From positions 300,826 through 364,825 of the forward strand of contig NW_013657644.1 of assembly GCF_000142905.1 (NCBI RefSeq): a stretch of 64,000 nt of DNA, read 5' to 3'. The notes under the pieces were generated by a model that saw only the letters and a list, made by a program, of their open reading frames with translations, searched no databases and was not told the origin of the DNA. Positions 57,413-64,000 of the stretch are shown here, piece after piece (position 1 is the stretch's first letter; each line of letters opens with the position of its first letter). The stretch comes from Thecamonas trahens ATCC 50062. Taxonomy: Eukaryota; Protista; Apusomonadida. Position numbers and translations under genes: made by a program.

Positions 57413-58375
57413 TTACTTATTCTTCTTGTCGAGCAAAGCATCCACAGAGTACTTGCCAGCGCCGACCGAGCCGAGCAGGGTGAGGCCGCCAGCTACAGCC
57501 ATGTTGACGGCAAAGTGATGGCGGGCGTGGATGGCGTAGCCGAGACCGAGCTTGGTCGCCCAGAACTCCCAGTACCACAGGGCCTCAAAGGCAAGGACGG
57601 CGGCGAGGGCGCGCGAGACGTAGCGAGTGCCGAGGCCGACGAGCAGCGGGAGGGCAAAGACAAACTGGAAGACCTTGGGCCAGAACGAGGCATGGCCGTC
57701 GCCGTCGGGCCTGCGATGAACGTGGTCGCCGTGATGGACCTCGGTGACGGCGAGGCGCGAGAGCTCAGTGACGCCGACCCAGATGAAGAGCGAGCACATG
57801 AGGAGGCGCGAGGCAAGGAGGAGGAGTGAGCGGCGCGGCGACGAGGCCTCGCGCTCGGCACGGGTCGGCTGCGAGAGGAGCAGGCCAGCGATAGCCGACG
57901 GGGTCTTGACGTCGGCAAAGTAGCCGTCGCGGGAGAGGAGCAGGACGGCGCAGCCGAGAATGGCCATCATCTTGACCATGAGCTCGTTGACATAAAACGG
58001 GCCACCAGAGAGCCATTGGACAATGCGGGAGAGGATGATGTAGCCGGTGTCGTAGCTCGCCTTGGCCACAAGGACCGAGCCGGTGATGTGGAACCACTTG
58101 TTGGCCATGGCGAGGAGAGCGGCGACGAGGACAAAGGGCGAGAACCAGGGCATGCCTGGCACGCCGAGGACAAACAGCTCCAGATGGGTCGACGAGAGGT
58201 TGACAAAGTACAGTGTGACGAGGACACGCACAATGCCGAGAGCCATGCCCCATTCGTCCCACAGCGTCCGGGCTTTCACTACCCGCGGCGAGTGCCACAA
58301 GCTCGACGCCCACCCGCGGGCGGCGGCGGCGCTAGAGGCTGCAGCTGCGGCAGTTGCTGCCGGTTGGCTTGCCAT
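57413..58375 (-). CDS. SURF4: SURF4/Erv29 ER cargo receptor
   Basis: Multi-TM protein; MAILGCAVLLL, LLLASRLL..LF, HFAVNMAVAGGLTLLGSVGAGKYSVD, C-terminal dilysine KKNK*. Confidence 0.85.
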   Translation of the reverse strand: MASQPAATAAAAASSAAAARGWASSLWHSPRVVKARTLWDEWGMALGIVRVLVTLYFVNLSSTHLELFVLGVPGMPWFSPFVLVAALLAMANKWFHITGSVLVAKASYDTGYIILSRIVQWLSGGPFYVNELMVKMMAILGCAVLLLSRDGYFADVKTPSAIAGLLLSQPTRAEREASSPRRSLLLLASRLLMCSLFIWVGVTELSRLAVTEVHHGDHVHRRPDGDGHASFWPKVFQFVFALPLLVGLGTRYVSRALAAVLAFEALWYWEFWATKLGLGYAIHARHHFAVNMAVAGGLTLLGSVGAGKYSVDALLDKKNK

Positions 58376-59404
58376 GTGGTATGTGTGTATGTGTGTGTGT
58401 GTGTGTGTGGTGGGNNNNNNNNNNNNNNNNNNNNNNNNNNNNNNNNNNNNNNNNNNNNNNNNNNNNNNNNNNNNNNNNNNNNNNNNNNNNNNNNNNNNNN
58501 NNNNNNNNNNNNNNNNNNNNNNNNNNNNNNNNNNNNNNNNNNNNNNNNNNNNNNNNNNNNNNNNNNNNNNNNNNNNNNNNNNNNNNNNNNNNNNNNNNNN
58601 NNNNNNNNNNNNNNNNNNNNNNNNNNNNNNNNNNNNNNNNNNNNNNNNNNNNNNNNNNNNNNNNNNNNNNNNNNNNNNNNNNNNNNNNNNNNNNNNNNNN
58701 NNNNNNNNNNNNNNNNNNNNNNNNNNNNNNNNNNNNNNNNNNNNNNNNNNNNNNNNNNNNNNNNNNNNNNNNNNNNNNNNNNNNNNNNNNNNNNNNNNNN
58801 NNNNNNNNNNNNNNNNNNNNNNNNNNNNNNNNNNNNNNNNNNNNNNNNNNNNNNNNNNNNNNNNNNNNNNNNNNNNNNNNNNNNNNNNNNNNNNNNNNNN
58901 NNNNNNNNNNNNNNNNNNNNNNNNNNNNNNNNNNNNNNNNNNNNNNNNNNNNNNNNNNNNNNNNNNNNNNNNNNNNNNNNNNNNNNNNNNNNNNNNNNNN
59001 NNNNNNNNNNNNNNNNNNNNNNNNNNNNNNNNNNNNNNNNNNNNNNNNNNNNNNNNNNNNNNNNNNNNNNNNNNNNNNNNNNNNNNNNNNNNNNNNNNNN
59101 NNNNNNNNNNNNNNNNNNNNNNNNNNNNNNNNNNNNNNNNNNNNNNNNNNNNNNNNNNNNNNNNNNNNNNNNNNNNNNNNNNNNNNNNNNNNNNNNNNNN
59201 NNNNNNNNNNNNNNNNNNNNNNNNNNNNNNNNNNNNNNNNNNNNNNNNNNNNNNNNNNNNNNNNNNNNNNNNNNNNNNNNNNNNNNNGGGGGGGGGGGGG
59301 GTTGGAGTGGTCTGAGGTCAGGGCTGGGAGCTGTGGGTGCGTTTTGCAGACTGGGGCGGCGGCGATTGGGCGTTTTGGTGGGTTTGATCAAAGGCCGGGG
59401 CAAT

Positions 59405-62218
59405 CTAGGTGAACAGGTTGATGAGGCCGTCGGCACCCGCGGAGAAGATCCAGGGCTGGGTAGGGTGGAAGGTGATGTCGATGACACCGATAGAGTCGAC
59501 GACCTTGTGGCCGGCGAGGATCTTGACGGGGACAATGAGCGGTGAGGAGAGCATGTCGGCGTAGACGCGGCCATGGAAGACCTGGATGGTGTTGTCGTCG
59601 GAGCAGGTGGCGAAGAGCGGGTAGCGCGGCGAGTAGGCGACGGAGCGGACGGCGAGCTTGTGGTACTTGAAGGTCTTGTACGGACGCGACGAGTAGTCGA
59701 GGTCGTACCACATGGCAAACTTGTCGAAGGAGCCGACGAGGACATTGTCGCCGCCGGGGTGGATGACCATGTCGGAGATGTACGAGCCAGTGACCTTGAG
59801 GCGGCGGATGAGCTTCTGCTGGGTGAGGTTGTAAACGCGGATCTCGGAGTGGGTGGCCACAAACAGGAGCGGCTTGGACGGGTGCCAGCGGATGCGCTGG
59901 ACAAAGCCGCCGCGGCCGGCAAACGGAGTCAGCGAGCGCTTGCTCGAGACTTGGTGGATAAAGACGGCATTGCGGCCCGCGGCCTTGGGCGAGACCGAGG
60001 CGAGATAGTCGCCCTTGGCGTGCCAGGCGAGCGAGAGAACGGGCGACGGCATGGCAATGCGGAGGAAGACGCCCTGCTTGACCTTGCGGGCCGAAGTCTG
60101 CTCCCAGCGGGCGGTCTTAAGGCGGTCGTGGCCGGCCTTGGGCACCTGGTGTGCATCCTGGTCGCGGACCGGCTTGAGATCGGCGTCTGCAGCCGGGCCC
60201 TTGCCGGACGCGCCGACGTCGTCATCGTCGAGCGGGGCGTCTTCGCCCGAGACCGACGACGAGGCCGTCGAGGCGTCGTCGTCGTCGTTGTCCGACTCGT
60301 CATCCGAGTCGCGCGCAGACTTGCGCTTCGGACGCTTGGTATGCTCAAACGTGCCCTCGACCTCGAGGTCGGCGAGGCCGCTCGAGAGCATGGCCATGGT
60401 GTCGGCGCGGAGGGCGGGCGAGGCAATGTCAAGCGGGGCGATGATGTAGATGGCCGAGCCGGTGGTGACGGCGGCGAGGCAAGCGCGGGTTGCGGCGGCG
60501 GGCGACCACTCGACGCAGTACACGACGGTCTCGCCGGCAAACGACCACTTGCGAAGGCAGCGGCCGGTGGCGACCTCCCAGAGGCGAACCGAGCCGTCGT
60601 TGGAGCCAGAGAGCAGGTACTGGCCGGACGGGTGGACCGAGATGGAGCGGACCTTCGAGGTGTGGCCGCGGAAGGTGAGCGAGAGGCGGGTGGGGAACGG
60701 GCGGAGCTCGCGCGGGTCCGGAACCTTGGGCAGGAGCTTGGCGATACGGACGCGGCTGTTGACCTTGCGCGAGCGCGGGCAGAAGGTGAGATCGAGGCAG
60801 CGCTCGTAGCGCTCGCGGTAAAAGTCCTTGTACGCCGGCACGTGGCGAAGTGCGCTGTACTTTTGCGGCTTGAGCGAGCGCATGCCGTGCGGCATGGCCT
60901 TTGACGAGGCCTTGCCCTCCTCGTCAAACACGTACTCGGCCGGCGGGTTGTATGACTCGGCGTTGGTGGGCAGCTGCATCTTGGGCGCCGAGAGCTGGTT
61001 GAGCGTCCGCAGGGACTGGTTGGCATCCTCGTCGGCCCAGGCGTCAAAGACCTCGGGCGCCTTGACCTCGTTCTTGGGCTTGACCCGGCCAGAGCGGATC
61101 TTGCGGACCATCTTGGCGACCTTGCGCGCCTCCCACTTGGAAGGCACAAAGGCGGCCTTGTTGGGCATCTTGTTGTAGACCGGGTGCATCATCTTGTGGC
61201 GCGAGAAGAACGGCTCCCAGTCCTCGTACGGGTCAAACGACATGTCGCCGAACTGGCCCTTCTGCATCCTGCGCAGCATCTCCATCTCCTTCACGCTCAG
61301 CGTGATGTTCTGCTGGGTGGCATCGTCGTACACACGGCGCCAGTACTCGGGATCGTCGGTCCGTGCAATGTAGTCGTCGATGGTGTCCATGCCCGAGCCG
61401 GTCTTGGCAATCGGCTTGCCGTCGAGATCGTACCCGAGGTGGTCGTACTCGTCGTACCACTCGAGCGGGATCTTGCCGAGCGTGTTGCGCGAGTGCATGT
61501 CGTCGTCCGACTCGTCGTCTGAGCTCTCCGCCACAATGCCTGCCGACGACTTGTCGCGCTTGCTCAAAAAGTTCAGCTGCTTCTCGCTGGCGTACGTCTC
61601 CACAGGCGCGCCGTAGTCGAGCGCAGACCGGTAGCCGGCCCGCGTGCGCTCGCGCAGCGCCCGCAAGAACATGTCGCCACCCGGCTTGAGCGCAGAGAGC
61701 GGCGCCGCAATCGCACCGGTCTTGGCAAACCGCGGCACGTCCTCCTCCTCGTCGCCAAGCACACCGCCGGTCATGCCCTCCAGGAAGTCCTCCTCGCCGC
61801 CCTCGTGGACCATGTCGTCAGAGCCCGAGCCCGAGCCCGAGCCGCTAGCCAGCTCGCCAGACACCTCGCCGTCGTCATCAATCTCAGTCCCCGTCGTCAT
61901 CTTCCACTGTGCAAACGCGGCCGACTCGTCGTCCTCGGCAGGCTCCTCCTCCTCTGACGAGATCGAGCTGGCGCCCGACCGCTTGCGCTTGCTTGCGCCC
62001 TTACGGCCCTTACGGCCCTTGGGACCCTTGGGGCCCTTGGGGTCCTTGGCAGCCTTGCCCTTGGCGGCCTTGCCCTTGGCGGCCTTGCCCTTGGCGGCCT
62101 TGCCCTTGGCGGCGGGCTTGTTCTGGCCCTTGCCCTTGGCCGAGCCCTTGGCCTTGCCGGGCTTGTCACCGGGGCCTCCCGATGCCTTGTCGCCGGAACG
62201 CTTGCGCTTCTTCACCAT
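59405..62218 (-). CDS. BOP1: Ribosome biogenesis protein BOP1/Erb1 (PeBoW complex)
   Basis: NTLGKIPLEWYDEYDHLGYDLDGKPI, FVPSKWE, APKMQLPTNAESYNPPAEY, ERYERCLDL, ELRPFPT, WD40 repeats, HPTQPWIFSAGADG. Confidence 0.97.
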   Translation of the reverse strand: MVKKRKRSGDKASGGPGDKPGKAKGSAKGKGQNKPAAKGKAAKGKAAKGKAAKGKAAKDPKGPKGPKGRKGRKGASKRKRSGASSISSEEEEPAEDDESAAFAQWKMTTGTEIDDDGEVSGELASGSGSGSGSDDMVHEGGEEDFLEGMTGGVLGDEEEDVPRFAKTGAIAAPLSALKPGGDMFLRALRERTRAGYRSALDYGAPVETYASEKQLNFLSKRDKSSAGIVAESSDDESDDDMHSRNTLGKIPLEWYDEYDHLGYDLDGKPIAKTGSGMDTIDDYIARTDDPEYWRRVYDDATQQNITLSVKEMEMLRRMQKGQFGDMSFDPYEDWEPFFSRHKMMHPVYNKMPNKAAFVPSKWEARKVAKMVRKIRSGRVKPKNEVKAPEVFDAWADEDANQSLRTLNQLSAPKMQLPTNAESYNPPAEYVFDEEGKASSKAMPHGMRSLKPQKYSALRHVPAYKDFYRERYERCLDLTFCPRSRKVNSRVRIAKLLPKVPDPRELRPFPTRLSLTFRGHTSKVRSISVHPSGQYLLSGSNDGSVRLWEVATGRCLRKWSFAGETVVYCVEWSPAAATRACLAAVTTGSAIYIIAPLDIASPALRADTMAMLSSGLADLEVEGTFEHTKRPKRKSARDSDDESDNDDDDASTASSSVSGEDAPLDDDDVGASGKGPAADADLKPVRDQDAHQVPKAGHDRLKTARWEQTSARKVKQGVFLRIAMPSPVLSLAWHAKGDYLASVSPKAAGRNAVFIHQVSSKRSLTPFAGRGGFVQRIRWHPSKPLLFVATHSEIRVYNLTQQKLIRRLKVTGSYISDMVIHPGGDNVLVGSFDKFAMWYDLDYSSRPYKTFKYHKLAVRSVAYSPRYPLFATCSDDNTIQVFHGRVYADMLSSPLIVPVKILAGHKVVDSIGVIDITFHPTQPWIFSAGADGLINLFT

Positions 62219-62668
62219 TTCACTACACGCCGTGTCTGCAAGGGTGGTAGCGGGACAGTGAGTGTGGTGACGGAGTGTGGGTAGCAGGGGAAGGACGGGG
62301 ACGTGGGGGATGGCTCGTCATCATCCCCGCAGGATGAGAGACGCCCAGGCGGCCTTGCCCTTTGCGGCCTTGCCCTTTGCGGCCTTGCCCTTTGCGGCCT
62401 TGCCCTTGGCGGCCTTGCCCTTGGCGGCGGGCTTGTTCTGGCCCTTGCCCTTGGCCGAGCCCTTGGCCTTGCCGGGCTTGTCACCGGGGCCTCCCGATGC
62501 CTTGTCGCCGGAACGCTTGCGCTTCTTCACCATTTCACTACACGCCGTGTCTGCAAGGGTGGTAGCGGGACAGTGAGTGTGGTGACGGAGTGTGGGTAGC
62601 AGGGGAAGGACGGGGAGGTGGGGGGATGGCTCGTCATCATCCCCGCAGGATGAGAGACGCCCAGGCGG
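62053..62668. repeat. Tandem ~315-bp duplication of the BOP1 5' flank plus N-terminal coding region
   Basis: 62053-62352 is about equal to 62353-62668, with ATGs at 62218 and 62533. The copies differ in GKAAK unit number (4 vs 5), synonymous substitutions and a 1-nt indel. Confidence 0.92.
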
Positions 62669-63184
62669 ATAGGTCGGCCAGCCAGGGTGGGGCGGCCGTG
62701 GAGGGGGAAGTAAAGTAGCATGAGGCAGGAACACCCATGCAGTGGTATGTGTAAGGGGACGGTATGGGCTGTGTGTGGATAGGAGTGTATGTATGGCTGT
62801 CGTACCTTGGAGAGGAGTACCGTCACTCGGTCGACGGCTGTGGGCAATGATGGAGCCGCCGTCAAAAGCGGACTGAAGCCGGAACGATGTAGAGGCCCGA
62901 TGGGGGGGGGGGGTACCTGACTTGGAGGCAGCCACCGAGTGAGAGACATCCGTGAGTATGGCGAGTAGTGCTGTGTGTGATGAGGGGCGGATGTTGGCTG
63001 TGGCTGCTGTGGCTGACCAGAGGCGGCGGATGGAGGTGGCGAGGAGGGTGCGTATGGGCAACCGCGAGGCGGTCGAGGACGTGTGAGGTGCATTGGTGCC
63101 GCACAGGCTGGCCGTCAAGCTTGTTGGTGTAGGGGCAGTCAGCATTGAGCGCGTTAAGCGGGGCACTCGAGAAGCCCAGTGTGG

Positions 63185-63600
63185 TCATGGCGGAGTGCTG
63201 GTCTCGCCGTAGCCGACGGAGAGGGGGAGGATCATGGTCTGCTGCTGGTGCGGTGGTGGGGCAAGCTCGATGAGGAGCGGCAGGTGGAGATCAGGCTCGT
63301 ATCGGGGGTCTATAGCGGAGAACTCGGCGTGCTGGGAAGCAAGATCGGGTTGTAGGAGGCGTCGAGGGTGGCGTGGATGAGTGTGAGCTGGCCGTCGGCG
63401 GCAACCGCGTCGAGGCGCGACAAGAACGGCGGCGCGTCGTTGAGCAGAGACGCGATGGCATGGATGAGGCCCGAGTGGGCAGCTTCGAAGAAGAGGCAGT
63501 CGGCGGCAAAGACAAGATCAAAGCGGCCGCCGCACAACGCCACATCGGCCGAGTAGTCTACGGCAGCGTCCCACTCGAGGAGTGCCCCGACGAGCGCGGA
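63185..63600 (-). pseudogene. C-terminal fragment of a calmodulin-lysine N-methyltransferase (methyltransferase family 16)
   Basis: LLEWD...FDLVFAADCLFFEAAHSGLIHAIASLL, and after a -1 shift at ~63348, YEPDLHLPLLIEL (CAMKMT-like). No motif I (ELGxG) or start codon is visible. Confidence 0.6.
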
Positions 63601-63604
63601 TGGG

Positions 63605-64000
63605 TTAGGTGGCGCGTGGCATGGGTGAGGGGCGGAGGGGTGAACTGGGAACAATGGCCTGGATGCGGTCGGCAAGATCGTCGACCATGTCAACCACGCT
63701 GTCGCGAGCCGGGGAGTACGGAGCGAGGCCACGCTCGAGGAGGGCGTAGAGAGTGCCGATGCGGGCGACTTTGAGCTCGGGCGTGAGTTCATCGTGTTCC
63801 CAGAGATCCGTGAATCGACGGTTGTTCGGGATCTGCGGCGGGAAAGCCACCGCCATGTACGCCAGTAGAGGGTGGCTGGCATCCCGCGGGCCGTCACGCC
63901 ATGCCGGCGACGAGACGGTCTCGAGCGAGAGCTCAGCGTCGGCAAAAACCGGAAAGACCTTGCAAGTCGGATCAGCGAGGGCTGCGTTGGCCTCTGCGAT
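63605..64000 (-). CDS. 3' end of a hypothetical protein (possible TIR-like segment), truncated by the window edge
   Basis: Frame is open from 64000 to stop TAA 63605-63607 with coding codon bias: IAEANAALADPTCKVFPVFADAE... Confidence 0.5.
   Translation of the reverse strand: MAEANAALADPTCKVFPVFADAELSLETVSSPAWRDGPRDASHPLLAYMAVAFPPQIPNNRRFTDLWEHDELTPELKVARIGTLYALLERGLAPYSPARDSVVDMVDDLADRIQAIVPSSPLRPSPMPRAT

Noticed and set aside
40839-59287. Long ORFs spanning N-gaps (e.g. 38401..41991, 58016..59545)
   Set aside because: Ns contain no stops; the true starts were located outside the gaps.
3501-61149. Numerous long alternative-frame and antisense ORFs (e.g. 3501..5195, 59573..60904, 59929..61149)
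   Set aside because: These are expected shadows of high-GC3 coding sequence: Arg/Pro/Ser-rich with no domain motifs.

Overview
A GC-rich, gene-dense eukaryotic scaffold with five N-gaps. It has spliceosomal GT-AG introns and an Amorphea-type gene set. The style is consistent with an apusomonad such as Thecamonas, but this is an inference only. About 24 protein-coding loci can be supported: HRI-like eIF2-alpha kinase (3' part), SOSS-B/NABP, a coiled-coil protein, ANK-SH3-SAM-CaaX, PH+CARMIL-like LRR, SDR, CAP-Gly, SRRM1, an M6PR/ATG27-like receptor, a tail-anchored protein, a bPH_2 membrane protein, PMS2, VPS13B, a SHOCT/zinc-knuckle protein, DAG lipase, 3xLIM, ACOT9, PTEN, a large ankyrin protein, an IQ protein, ABCC/MRP, a claudin-like protein, MYND-TPR, SURF4 and BOP1. 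There is also a CaM-KMT-like fragment, a possible TIR-like gene running off the window end, and a decayed piggyBac relic. Main patterns: (1) convergent genes nearly abut, including two stop-codon palindromes (TCATGA overlap and TAGCTA abutment); (2) seven genes or fragments contain an apparent frameshift, all in the -1 direction and mostly at short homopolymers (probably pyrosequencing error, needs testing); (3) every detectable intron lies within the first ~50 codons; (4) 5' flanks are G/C-skewed low-complexity islands; (5) the BOP1 promoter and N-terminus are tandemly duplicated. No rRNA, tRNA or CRISPR was detected. All family assignments come from motif recognition by eye, without database searches.
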